Source: Eukaryota sp. TZLM1-RC (Eukaryota; Protista; Metamonada: BaSk clade). Taken from it: a stretch of DNA of 64,000 nucleotides. Positions 38,331 through 51,252 of the stretch are shown here, one piece after another. The position numbers and the translations under genes were made by a program. The stretch's first letter is position 1. Each line of letters starts with the position of its first letter. The notes below the pieces were generated by a model that worked only from the letters and a program-made list of their open reading frames with translations, did not search any database and was not told the origin of the DNA. The stretch is from contig JAUPSS010000006.1 of assembly GCA_040285825.1 (NCBI GenBank), positions 558,001-622,000 of the forward strand. The letters are read 5' to 3'.

Positions 38331-39059
38331 ATGGTTCTAAATAGGAAACAATTACGCAACTCCATATCAAATATAGATTCATTGATCATAATGTTATTTG
38401 TCAGTAATAGGTGAACTATTTAACCAATGGCGATTTCAATTTATTTAATATAAACTAAGGTATTCACTAGTGAGATACTTATATTCTCATTTAATTGTTC
38501 CTGATTTGTGGTTTGTACTTTATATGAAATCTTTTACTTAAATTAATTAATTCTGGTTTATGCTTTAACGTTTTTTCTGTATTTATTTCCAAACTATTAT
38601 TTTATTATTATTAATATTATTTTTTAATTTATTCTATTGATCTGAATCAACTGTCGATTTAACAAATGTCATTGGCAATATTCCTCTTATCATTCAATTA
38701 TCATTGGTTTCTTCGTAATCGCTTACCACCAATCACTTTTTTTGAAATACACTGCTATTGTCAGGAGGTTTGACCGTCACACACTGCAGCCACCGGTAAT
38801 TTAAACTAGAAAATACTTAAAATGAATAAATTATGATGAGGTAGAATTTATTCATCAAAGAATTATTGCAGGTCTGTACATTCATTGGCTATGGATGTTT
38901 TTTCAGGGAAGCAAAAACCACTGTAAGGAAACGTTGACAAATGCTCAGTCATTCTCTTTAATAACTGATCTTCAACATCAGCATTTACACCAGATATATC
39001 ACGTACTCACTATATCTACGAGTTTTTCTGTTTACCTCAATGGGGCTAATTCATTTGTA

Positions 39060-39760
39060 TTTATTTTTTTTATTAATTATAATTTTATTAAAAACCTATA
39101 AATCACCATCAAATAGATCCATCTCTCCCATAAAAACACTAGATGCAACTCGCTCATAGTGAGATCCAAGAGAAAGCAAAGCATCAGAAACCATCTTCAA
39201 CATCCCCTTAAAAATAGAAAACACAATTTTATTTTGCCAAAAGAATCTGTTGAAATTTTTGCTAGTTCTTCTCTTTACAATCATTTCAAAATCATCCAAA
39301 AAACGTAAAGCCGTTGGTGCAAGTGAACCAAAAAGTGAAAATACAAATGGATACAAATTGTATTTTGCATGCTGTAGACTGGCCAATTCGTACAAAGGTT
39401 CATTGTATTTTTTTGATTTTGAAATTTTCAGCATTTGAAAGAGGATTATGAATTCAGAATTAACAAGCCTTTCATTTGAGGCATTACAAGGATCAACAGA
39501 CATTGCATCCAATAAAATGAAGGTTCCATTTAATCCAGGTAATATTACATCACCTCTATTATTTTTATGAAAATCATTATCAGTATCAAACAGATTTCAC
39601 AACAGAGGTTCCAAAAAAGATTCAATTCTATGAGACTCACACATACAATATAACTGGTCTCTTACAGCATCATGAATCTTGCTTCTAAAAGTAGACAAAT
39701 GTTTACAATTTAACAAATGAGTAATTTTAATTTTTCGAGAACATTTACAAATTAAATTAT
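39060..39760 (-). mobile_element. 3' fragment of an RLE non-LTR retrotransposon
   Basis: CKC..THLLNCKH..HDAVRDQL..RGDVILPG..LDAMSVDPCN..KKY..PFVFSLFG..WQNKIVFSIFKG; close to the 60662-62266 copy. Confidence 0.88.
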
Positions 39761-39929
39761 TTATTTTGTGTTTTTGTTTTTCTATTTTTCTATTTTTCTA
39801 TTTTTCTAGGTAAAAGGATGACCAAATTGCGGAAGAGCTACTTTCTTCTGAAAGAAGTTGAGAACCTGCAGAGTTTACAAAATTAGGAAAGTGCTCCCTC
39901 AATATAGTTTTGGTTAGCCTCATATAGTG

Positions 39930-40075
39930 TTTTAGGTATGGAGTACGCAAGGTCGAGCCCGGGGAGTAGCATGAGCTCCAGTGCTGGCAGAAACTGAGAT
40001 CTGGCGTTCCATGTCTTCTGGTGAGTCGAAGAACCAGTTGATAACGGTTCCCAAAGTGGTAGTTTAGACTATTAT
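39930..40075 (-). mobile_element. Second, degenerate copy of the Fanzor-like N-terminus
   Basis: The reverse complement aligns to 25175-25315 (GTTCTTCGACTCA, ATGGAACGCCAG and TGGAGCTCATGCTACTC are shared). Confidence 0.65.
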
Positions 40076-40899
40076 GGACTTACTGATGGACTCAGTAATT
40101 AAGCTTTCCCTTAACCTTCATATTGGATTGGCCAAGCCTTCCCCAGAAAAAATTACCCTTGTATTGAGCAATATGTTTCAGACTTTGTGTGCTACAAATA
40201 CGCGGAAAGGCTTCCGCAAGATGGTGTTGGATGGTTCTTTGGCAAGAAAACATGTATGTACTGTTTCATTGATTAAAGGTCAATCTTCAGAAAAAAGAAG
40301 TGTAATGTACCTTTGCGTACCTCCGACAAAAAAGTCAAATAGACGAGCAACCACTGTGCTGTGTGTTATACGTGATTTTTTTATTTTTCTTTTATTTTAA
40401 CTATTCATATCTATCTTTCATGAAACAGACAATCGTTGATTTTTATACAACAAATTTCCACCATACAATTGCGAATGATTAAATATAGGGTCATCACTAT
40501 ATTTTTATTAATTTCTTTTACATTTAACTTGATTCCTTTACCTGAATTAATTACATCTAGAGCATATAGACAATTGAACTTTATTGATTTAAAAACAAAT
40601 TCAATTTTAAGCTTAATTTGCTGATTTTGAATTTGTGATGTGCTATATGCACCCACTGCCCTTCATGGATTTAGTAATCACAAGGCTATACAATACATTT
40701 GCTTACCTTGAAGGTCACTACGTATGATACTTTTGAACCAATGTTGTTTGAATCAAAAATTTGTAGACTGAGCAGACACATGTTCGTGAAGTCTTATCTA
40801 GTCTCATTACAGAAACGTACTAAAAAATGCCATAGTAGTGCAAAACATCAGATTTAAAAGTTAATTTTATTTTACATTTTATTCCATCTAATTTTAATA

Positions 40900-41070
40900 A
40901 ATTTATTTTCTACGAAAAAACAAAACAAAACAAACTAAAACACATTAGAAACAAATTTCTCCACGAAAACTTTTGAAGAATTCCATCTAATGTATTTTAT
41001 AATTCCTCGGTCAGAATAGGACCATTGAAAAAGGAAGTGTATGCAAATGTACGAATTTACGTATTTTCCC
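40900..41070 (-). mobile_element. 3' tip of a second non-LTR subfamily
   Basis: Shares TTTTCTACGAA..ACAAACTAAAACACAT..CTCCACG with 60141-60347. Confidence 0.55.
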
Positions 41071-42436
41071 TTTTTTACTCCTTGAATGTCCAGTACATCC
41101 AATCAACAACTGAGTCTTACCATCACACATGTAATATAAGTCTAACGATAATACAACAAATTGATTAAAAATCTATATCGATAAAAATTGTATCTGTGTC
41201 AAGTAAATATTTGAAGCGAAAAATGTGCCATGGCTTCCTGTCAAGGTTCCTTGAAGCAGTACACAATGGTAGTGCAGTAATTGAGCCTAATTATGTGGTC
41301 AGAATTGAATTGGCAAATAATAAACTTCAAATACTTTATAAAAAATTGATAATTTTAAAGTTGAAATATAAAGACGTTAATGAATAAAGCATTTTTTTGA
41401 TCAAGTTTATCAGTCTTTTTCTTTTGAAACCCAAACTATTCAATTTGCTAGTAATAAACAGCCTTCTTGTGGAAAACTGTACCATGGAACTCTTCGCTGG
41501 CTTGAGACACAATTGCAGAGACGAGAGATTTGTAGAGATAAGAGTTGTTTCAGGTTTGTCCAAGATGTTGTCAAAATTGTATATTATGGAAGACATATCT
41601 AAGGACAGAGTGGTTTGATCAGAGCGCCAGCGGCGTTCTGATTCATTGCCAAAACGAGGCCGTACTGTGATGGACATTTGTAGGTTTCCAGATTTCATCA
41701 GAGCGGAAGAGAGGTCGACTGACTAAAGAATAAAGGTGAATGTTCAATTCATTTAAGCTGAGAAGAGTTCAAAATGAGTGGAGTGAATTGAAGTTGGTCT
41801 GGAACGAGTTTCAAAAATCACGCTAGTAAGAAACTTTCATTGTTTACACCAAGTTGATAGTGTCTAAAAGTTGTTCTTCTCTTTGATGGTGGTTGAAAGC
41901 ACAGTAGATACCATGATTGACAAGTGGGGAGACTATTCAGAGAAAAAACATGCGATATTGAAGAGCACATTTTATCCATCCCAAACTGAGGTATTTTGAG
42001 AATCACTGTTGAAGTCAGCTGATTTTATTATGAGATAAAATAAAGAAGTGGTTAATAGTTTCAGTGAAAGTATGCATATAAACCAAAAACTTCTTTGATT
42101 CTTGGTCATTCTTGTACCTATTTTGCAATTGTCGGTGAGTGTTTCCAAAAATGAAACAATGCGTACCTTATTATGTGCATAAAGTAGTTGGCAAGATTAG
42201 AATGTATTAAAAATACCAGTGTAGATAGTCACAAAAACGAATTTATTGGGCATTTGGTCAATATAGAATACAATCAATAATGTCAATAATGTTTGGGAAA
42301 ATAAATTTAAATCCCTATGTTTCGGGAAAAAATAATTAAAAAACTATCATTTATAAAACTGTTGAAAATAATTATTTCACAACACACAAAAATGATGAAC
42401 AAACCAAAGAAAACAATCATTTAGTTAAACTATTTC

Positions 42437-42799
42437 TTACAGAAAAGCTTCTACAGTTCTATCTAAATACTGATGAAAATTATCAATCAAAAACATTTTG
42501 GCTGGATACTTCATCCACCATGGAAAATAAGAAAATTCAACTAAATATTCATTCTTGATTAGTTTAACTGATTTAATTAAACCTTGATTAATAGGTTTAG
42601 TTGGATATAGGGGTGATTTTGAAAAACTGAATTCATTTGATTTGATAAATTGAATGAATTTCAAAACAGGAAAGTTTTGTTCAGTGATATTGTCAGAAAC
42701 TGCACCATCAATTACCAATTTCTCCAAGCTGTTTAATTGTATTTGAATATTGACAGTCCTAAAACTATGATTTAAAAACACACTACTTGAACAATGCAA
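42437..42799 (-). pseudogene. Lineage-specific LRR-like FPWW family, C-terminal fragment
   Basis: IQLNSLEKLVI..NITEQNFPVLKFIQF..LIKNEYLVEFSYFPWW. Confidence 0.5.
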
Positions 42800-43067
42800 A
42801 ACGACTTACTGGAAAGTATTTAAATGATCTTTATAAATCTAAATGCAGCTCGGCTGTTTCAAGCCAGATCTACACACATTGTTATAAAAACAATATGTCA
42901 AATCAAATCAAAATAGCAAAAATTTGATCTAATAAAAGAATACTTTTACAATTCCATGTATCCTATTTAATATAGATTTAAACATTTTCTGTTAATTACC
43001 ACTTCAAGCATATAAATCAATAGCAATGCCATCAATTAACAATAATAATTTACGACTCTAATTTTAA

Positions 43068-43325
43068 TCAAAATTTATACACATTGTCGTCTTCAACCTC
43101 CACGGCTTCTTTCCTTTCGTTTCTACAAACTAATTTTCTATTAATCTTGAGTAACTTTGGTAATGCCTTTAGAATTCTACCGCTACCTTCTAACATTTCA
43201 GTACCGACTACATCAAGCTCAATAAACGAAGTAAAAGAATTTAAATGTGATAAAGATTCAACATCGTCTATTTTTAGTCCATTTAAAGACAATGCCCTCA
43301 ACTTTGGCAATACGTGAAATATCAT
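43068..43325 (-). pseudogene. LRR plus LRR-cap fragment (ANP32/U2A'-like)
   Basis: KLRALSLNGLKIDDVESLSHL..RILKALPKLLKIN. Confidence 0.45.
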
Positions 43326-43849
43326 ATTTTCCGCACATACTTAGATTAAGTTTAACCAACGACTCTGAATGTGAAGATAACGATTCTAGAGAGTGATTAG
43401 AAAGATGAAAAAATGAATGACGAGGAATGAGGAAGAAATGAAAGCACAGACCTGAGTTGGTTGTTCACAAAATTCAAGCAAGAGAGATTATTTAATGAAT
43501 CAGGAACAAGAGGGCAGAAAAAAGTTGGTTGTTTGAGAAATAAATGGTAGTTACCGAGTTAAGGCCACCTTGAACGAAGGTTATCAAGTTGTGAGACAAG
43601 TTGAATCTCTGTAACTTGTATCTCTGTACACTTTACATTTTGTAAAAGATATTAATATGTATTGAAATATAACCACAATAAAAACACAGTCAATAATGTA
43701 ATTCATGTGTTAGGGTAGTTAACTTAAATTCCCATTGTTTAGGGAAACAATAAATAAAAAACAAATAAAAAACAAATGATAATCACAATAAACACAAAAA
43801 ACGATGAAAAATCCAAGAAAACAATGATCAAATTTTTACTAACTTGATT

Positions 43850-44249
43850 CTTCAGTTCAATCTAAATAATCATAAAAAATGTCAATCAAAAACCTTTTTG
43901 TTGGATACTGAATCCACAATGGAAAACAACATAATTCAAATAAATATTCATTCTTGATTAATTTAACAGATTTAATTAGACCTTAATTAATAAGTTATCT
44001 TGGAGTTAGGGGAGAATTTGACAGACTGAATTTATTTGATTTAGTAAATTGAATAAATTTCAAAGAAGGAAAGTTTTGTTCAGTCATATTGGCGGGAACA
44101 TTGCGATGAATTACCAACTCCTTCAAGCTCTTTAATTGTATTTTAATATTGAAGGTACAGCATTTTACTTCTAATTTAACAATGGATTGAGGTAAGGGTA
44201 TTTGTCCATTCAATATTCTTTCTGAAATGTGGCAATTCATCACCACCAA
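43850..44249 (-). pseudogene. Lineage-specific LRR-like FPWW family, C-terminal fragment
   Basis: Direct paralog of 42437-42799 at DNA and protein level (IQLKSLKELVI..MTEQNFPSLKFIQF). Confidence 0.5.
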
Positions 44250-45065
44250 CTCTTGTCATGATGAAACATAGCTTAAATTAATAAATCCAATGCCGCAGTG
44301 TTTAACCACTGAATTCACTAGTGCAGAAAAATAAAAATAAAAAACTCTTTGCAAAAGTTTTTGCCTAGCCCTAACCATAAATATTTAGGGTACTAACCTG
44401 GCCTAAGCAAGTTTTACCAAGTGATGGCCTGGCAACTTGTGTCATATTTGCAATTTTAATCATTGGCTTAATGTTCAAGAGCTTTTACAGGATTTAATTT
44501 CCCTCATTGAACCAACATGTTGTTTGCAATATTGAAGGCGACAGAATCAACATTTACATCAGAGTCATCTTTCCAAAAACAATATATATCACCTCTATTA
44601 TAAGAAAGCAAAACTGTTGAATGACTGTGGTTTTCTAAGCAAGAGCTCTTCAATACATGAGCCTCTTGCATTTTTTGCCATATTGAAAACAGTATCCCTG
44701 ACAGCACCATGCAACGAAGCACAAAAAGTTATCAATTTTGGGCAATTCACAGAATGATGTAAGGCAGCAGGTAAGGTAAGGTGTTATGACATAGCACAAA
44801 ACAATGTGTGATTCACTTTATTCTCATTTGTTGGGTTTCGTGCTCTTGTGAAAAGCATAACAAATGAGAACAGGAGTTGATTAATGTGAACATGTAAAAT
44901 CAGCAGATAAAAATACAAATATCCAATTAAAGCAAAAACACGTCATCACTAACTAACTAACTGACTGACTGACTAACTAACTATGGCTTTATGCCAACAC
45001 ATTCTCCGGATAATGGTGACACAAAACAATTATTTCCAATACTTTTATTTCCAATTGGCAAAAGA

Positions 45066-47159
45066 CTAGTACCCTCTACACTGCAACTGATGTAGTTCAA
45101 TCATTGTGAATGGAATTGACTCTCCACAAATCTCACACGGAACAACCGGAGAATCTTTGGGCACATGAGAACCAAAAATAATAGGATTATGAGGACATTC
45201 ATTGTCGAAATGATCATCAACATCGTTTTCATTATCGAATAGTAAACCACAGAATCCGCAAGCAACCAATGAAATTGTCTCCTTACCCAGGAGGGGTGAA
45301 GGTGAATGACACTCAGTACGATTCTTTGAAGCTAAATTTGATTGCTTTATTTGGTTACTTAATTGAGATCTGCAGTTTAATTCGTGACTGCATTGATTTC
45401 TGTCACTCCGAATGTTGGTTGGCCTTGCAATTCCATTTTTTTACTTGACGGTTGAAGGCCTTTTGAAGTAAAAGACCTTGTTACATCGCAGACATGAACT
45501 TTTGCAAAGGCTTCTGTTCTTTGCTTTAAAAGAGCATCATGTTCTCTTCTCTTTTGGATAAATTCATTTGTTAAGTGAAATTTCGCTGAATCAAATCTAT
45601 GTTTGTAAAGTACCTTCTTCCAAGTTCTTTGGAATAACAATGTAACAACAGGTCCAATAATATTTGGTACGATTGCTCACGAACATTTGTCCCACAATTA
45701 GTAATATATTCACTATCAATTATACCAAGTGCATAATGACAAAATAACATATTTTGAAGAGTTAGACATTTCTCAACACGTGTTTTTTTCTTGTAAGCAG
45801 TCAAAACAGACAAAACCTCTGACATACTTGGTCTGTGGGTAAAATTTGTAGTGTAATTTATTACGAAGTGGAATTGTATTCTCTCTTTTTGCACTAATAG
45901 GCGGAATTTAGATAAACTATAAAACTAAAGCTATTATTACTATTCAAGACTAACATGAAAGTGTTTCAAAAACCTACCCAATTCTTGTTTCCCTCCTTCA
46001 TAGACTTGAGCAATTCCATATACTGTTGGGACAGAAGGAACACTTGGAAGAGATTTCCGAATGTGGTATTCTCTTGCAAGATCAGTAGTTGAGCTATTAT
46101 CCTCAGCATAAAATTTGATTGCAACACTGGCTGAACTGTATTCAACAAATACGATTTCTGCCTGACCACTTCGAATTTTGGACTTTAATCAACATCAGGT
46201 CTTTAGTTTCTATATCGATTTCAAAATTCTCTTCAATACTCTGCAATTGGATGATTTCCCTGTCCTTTTCTTCCTTGTTTTTCAAACATGACAACATCTG
46301 TGCTTTAAGATCTTCCCAAACTGTGGTCTGTAGTGTTACTTGCATTTGTTGCAACAAATCCGAATATTGATCAGTCATTCGGTCAAAAATTGACTGGTTA
46401 TAAGCAACTGATGCAGACATGAATGCTTCTGCATCATGACTTATAATATCTTCTATGCTAGTGGGTGATAGAGCCGAAAGCTTCTTCAACGCAATACCAG
46501 AAAGTTCAAGATTAAATTTAGAGGAAAAGTTGTCTAAAAGCTTGTTGTTTTAGCTGTGGTTAAACGTGACTTTCGCTTTTAGGAAAGTGGATCACGTCAT
46601 CATAGCTTTAAATTTTTGTATTTAGTTTTATTTCTTGATTTCTTAAATTCCGTTAATAAACTTCTGTTTTTGTTTATGTTTAGTGCACGAAAAGCAACAG
46701 TTGTGTTCTTCAAATTGTTTTTTGAATTTATCTCGGGAAAAGATCTTTTGGTACCACTTTGAGTCGTTGTACTGGTTCAAACATGCGGTGATTTTGGTGC
46801 AAGGAACTACAAAATTATCAATGGTGACGCGAATGGCCTCACAATTGAAGAGATCAGGAAGTTTTTCCAAAGGGCAGAAGGTAGCCTTGGTAAGACTGAG
46901 TAAGCGGGCAGCGAGAACGGCTGATTGAGAACGGTTAAACTTGAATTATGTAAGAACAGGAGACCTCCGCTATGACACTACCTATGGGCTTCAGTATGAA
47001 TGAATGTATAGCGATGAGGTCAGCAACAGAAATTATGGGAGGAGATACTAAATCCACGAACTTGTCATAGCTCCTTTCTGAAAAATTCAGGGGCACAGTA
47101 GATATTGCAGAACACAGCGCTGAGATCAAGCTCGTGTCGTCAGGTGAAGAATTCATCAA
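45066..47159 (-). pseudogene. Broken multi-domain kinase gene: helical N-domain, kinase N-lobe, kinase C-end, C-terminal zinc fingers
   Basis: ASVAIKFY..LARE (N-lobe, ~46130), HRPSMSEVLSVL (subdomain XI), CGFC..H..C and CEIC..H..C fingers. The catalytic core is missing. Confidence 0.5.
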
Positions 47160-49586
47160 GGTTTAACCAAATGGGAATCATCATATAGGTTACTAAAATA
47201 TTTCTGTAGATAGGTCAAAAAAGAAGCTCAAAAATCAAAAGGAAAATTGTATTCAATCATTTGATTAAATAAATGAAAAATACATAACCTGTCTTACACC
47301 ATCAACGCTTCTGTCTTTTATTAGTTTTTAAGATAACTGAAGTAAAGTTGCCTTTGGGTGTTCCAGAATCCTTTACAGTTTTTATGGTAATTAGTCTCCT
47401 TCAGACTTATTCCTATGTCAGTTTTGAGCTGTACAAAGTGTAAATTATTCTCACTATACTATATTCTTGGCCCTATCGGCAATAAATAATGTTAATTTCC
47501 AATACAGACTAATAATGTGAGAAGTATACCTGGTTGAACTATTTGGATTGTCGGAAATGTATGGATTCTGCACGAAAGTTTTGTACAAATGTCAGCAACA
47601 ACAACAGTTAGTACTAAATCACAGTGAACATTGTGCAATTCTAAAAGTTTTGTTCTGAAATTTTCATAATTATAGTATATTCGCACAATAGAGTAATATG
47701 ATCTTCTAAGTCATTGTATATACCTTACAACAACTCTTCAGTTATTTTCACAACAAAATCATATCATGCTTGTTTTACCTTATGTGCACTGTTGATGAAG
47801 CCAACACATGTGCTAGATGAACACTAGTTTTTGTACACATTGGCTTAGGCGAATTACAGATGGGATATGACTGAGATGAACAGGATTAGATAAATTGGCA
47901 TGTTTTTCCAAAACCTGTTCAAAGCTACAGTCCATAAATACAGCTTTCCTTTTAAAAATTTTTCAAGGCAGATTCATTTTCACAAATTAGAACAAATTCA
48001 ATATTGATTGGACTCTGAATTGTTTTCACAAGACGTTGAACTGTTTAAAAATTGCAAGAAAGTATCAATTAACTTAAAATTCAAGAGAATCTAAGAAAGG
48101 TTTTTATTTAACAAAAGGTTCCCCAGCTCACTGCTCAAACAAAACAGAGATTGTAGCGATTTGTTATTCAATTTTTGTAAGTTTGGTTACTTAACATGTT
48201 GATATTCAGTTTCAAAAACCACAAGCTAAACTGTCCATTAGAGCCACTAGTTGAAGACAGGTAAACATGAAAATGTACATCATCATTAGTTGTCATCTAA
48301 TTTAACCATGAGATATAACATTGAACATAACATGTAAACCCTTGGTTCTCACTACACTTCACAAGTAATTGTGATCATGATTTTATTGTAAACAACTGAG
48401 TTCTAGAAATACATTTAATGGAATGTCTTCCGCTTGGAAACCTCACGATGCCTCTGTCTCGGCTTGACATTGGGACCTGATCGGAGAGCATCCTCACTTC
48501 CACCATGCATCTCGCCTCGTTGTTGCATATAAGCATCTTTTGCACCCTCAGAGCGTGTCCAAGCTATGAACTTGCGATCTGAGCTACGTTTTTGAGACCT
48601 AGACGGACCAGCGTGCGATTTATCCATTTGTAGGAAAGTATAGAAACATGTGTGGAACTTGGAAAATACCCTTCTGTTCGCAGATATCTTTGGTTTTTTG
48701 CTGTCAATTGATCAACCTTCTCTTTGTTTGGTGAATTAAGGTAGTTGTTGGTCAACTTTTGTAATTTCACACTCCTTTTAATTTTCTCTGTGAAAATTGC
48801 TGTATTAGTGGACTAATGGGTGTTGATTTGTAATTCAGTATTACAAAACAACACCCATATCAGGGTTGTTTAACCCACCCATTAAAACCAGCACCATTGA
48901 AGATTCATATGTATTTTACCTGATGTACATTTCCAAATGTCAAAGAGTAACTAACTTTAATATCTCATCTATTTCCTCTACATCACCCATGTGAATCCTC
49001 AATCATTCATACAGCTCTGTTTAACCTAGGTTATGATGTAGTTTGTGTTGAAAAACATAATGATCTTCCAATAAGTGGGTCTATAGGAAGTCAAAATTAT
49101 GCTATAATTATTTCAACGTATTGGAAATAGGAACTATTGCAGATCAATCATATACGATACTATTGAATTTCAGTTGTTAAGTTTATTGATTTAGGTCTAT
49201 GTGTATTTTGTTAAGTATTTAGGTTCTTTAATATGGTGATTTAAAGTCTAATATGTCAATTAATAATATGTAATACTGCAAAATAATCGTCAAAAATCAG
49301 TAAGAGCCTCCGTGTTACAAACATTCTTTATCCATTTTTTGTGATTTTACTTTTGTTTCAATTATTTTGTGGCGTATTTTGCTTGACAAACTGCAAAAAA
49401 GCAATTCCTAAAATGAATTTAACTTCAAAGGGCATTATAATAACTTTGTGACGCTAATATGAAAATAAATAGACAATGGGTGTGATTATGAGTTTAGTGC
49501 GTTCATCACATTTGAAATCATGTACTAACTTGTCAACAAAACTAGGGAATAAAATGTTACAAAAACACAGAGGAAACCGTAAACAA

Positions 49587-50014
49587 TTACCAGTCGTCAT
49601 CATCACCAAACTGCAGTGAAAAAATAGCATTGAACATACGAGATCGAATCCACCAATGTCTTCCTCGACTTCTTCTTCCTCGACCTTTTCTTCTTCGACT
49701 GGGGCTTCGGCAGCGGCACCTCCTTCAGCAGCGACGGCGGTGGGAGCGGCGGCACCAACTTTGATAAACAATGTGAACAAGACATACCAGTGCATGAACT
49801 TTGGATCAATTCCTTCATGTCAACACCTTCTAAGGCACGAGCAAACATGGGAGGAATGTAGGGCTCAACACGGACGTTGGCTTGACTGAGAAGAGTGGTA
49901 ATCTTGTCGGCCTGACATTAGTAACATTTTTACACATACAGTGACATCAAGACCTTCGTCGTTGATGATAAGAGCGGCGTAGATAGTGGCGAGGGATTCA
50001 CGATCTAATGACAT
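49587..50014 (-). CDS. RPLP1: 60S acidic ribosomal protein P1 (4 exons; introns 49912-49939, 49759-49787, 49611-49639)
   Basis: Spliced product MSLDRESLATIYAALIINDEGLDVTADKITTLLSQANVRVEPYIPPMFARALEGVDMKELI..VGAAAP..EEEKVEEEEVEEDIGGFDLFGDDDDW*. GTATGT..AG introns restore the frame. Confidence 0.96.
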
Positions 50015-50115
50015 TGTGCAAGTTGTGAAGAGAAAGAAGTTTGTATTTACAATTTCATTATTCCTTCCTAATCGAACCTCGACAGTCAATCTTCATTTCC
50101 CAACAACCTGCAGCA
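50015..50115. promoter_or_regulatory. Probable bidirectional promoter between RPLP1 and the cathepsin-like gene
   Basis: Only 101 bp separate the divergent ATGs at 50014 (-) and 50116 (+). Confidence 0.55.
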
Positions 50116-50961
50116 ATGCGGCCGATATGGGCCATCTTTATCTTCTTTGTGTATTCTCACTTTTTTTATCTTGTCACTAGTGCTGTACCTTCTCATTTCG
50201 ATTTTCGTGATGAATTCCCTTCTTGTGTTCCGTCCATAGTGGACCAAGGAACTTGTGCTGCTGGATCTTTCGCCTACGCTTCTACCTATTCGATAGCAGC
50301 CCGAACTTGTATAATAACAGATGATATACCCGACCCCTCTTCAGCCGAAATACTCTCTTGTGCTGTGCCTAATGGCTGTAAAGAAGGTTTTTATTCAGAT
50401 GTAGTGGAATATGTTTCCAATTTCGGACTACGGTCTAGTTCATGCTACCTACATTCCGCCACCCCCCAGGACTGTCTGACATCGGGATGCACCAGCACCT
50501 TCAATTTCGACTCTAATCCTGTCGTCTGGATACGAGAATCTTCATACAGGTTCTCAGTTACCAATGATTGGTTAAAAATGGAGCTCACCACCAATGGACC
50601 TATCAGTATAACGATACCGATATTTGAATCCTTCCTTGATTACGAATCTGGCATTTACTCTCCCATACACAACGACTCTCATATAGGTTTTCTTTACACC
50701 AACCTGATAGGCTATGATGATACAGAAGATTACTTTATCCTCACCAATTCTAAAGGCAGTTCTTGGGGCGAATCGGGGTATTTCCGGGCCAACCAAAGTT
50801 CTGAAGAATTATCATTTGGAATGGCAGTGATGGCTTTTGAGGTGGATCCTGAAGCTGTTCCTTTTAATATGTTTTATGTGTATATAGTTTTAGTTGTAGT
50901 TGGTTTAGTTTTTGTAATTGGAGTGGTGTGGTTTTTGATCAAGTCAATGAAAAGGTATTAG
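50116..50961 (+). CDS. Papain-family (cathepsin B-like) protein, catalytically inactive, with signal peptide and C-terminal TM helix
   Basis: VPSHFDFR..DQGTCAAGSFAY, LTTNGPI, FLDYESGIY, ILTNSKGSSWGESGYF; hydrophobic N-terminus; TM helix followed by KSMKRY. Confidence 0.9.
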   Translation: MRPIWAIFIFFVYSHFFYLVTSAVPSHFDFRDEFPSCVPSIVDQGTCAAGSFAYASTYSIAARTCIITDDIPDPSSAEILSCAVPNGCKEGFYSDVVEYVSNFGLRSSSCYLHSATPQDCLTSGCTSTFNFDSNPVVWIRESSYRFSVTNDWLKMELTTNGPISITIPIFESFLDYESGIYSPIHNDSHIGFLYTNLIGYDDTEDYFILTNSKGSSWGESGYFRANQSSEELSFGMAVMAFEVDPEAVPFNMFYVYIVLVVVGLVFVIGVVWFLIKSMKRY

Positions 50962-51252
50962 TTTTGTCATTTGTAGATAGTTTTGTATTATAGATAAATA
51001 GTTTTAATCATTTTTTAGAGTGTTTCACGCTGTTTTTTATGAATATTTTCTGTTTTTCTGAGGTGTGTTTGCTAGTTTTAGAAATTTTATAATCTAATTG
51101 ATCTACATTTATCATTGTTGATTTTACATATTTGCCACGTGTCAATAAAACAATAGAAAACTATTATTGTTTGAATTTGACCAAATTTGGAATAAAAGTA
51201 CATTTATTGTTGTCTCAACAAGGTTTGATTGTTGCATTATAGATCAAAACGC

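Noticed and set aside
44365-44410. CCCTAA/TTAGGG telomere-like motifs
   Set aside because: Single hexamers, not an array.
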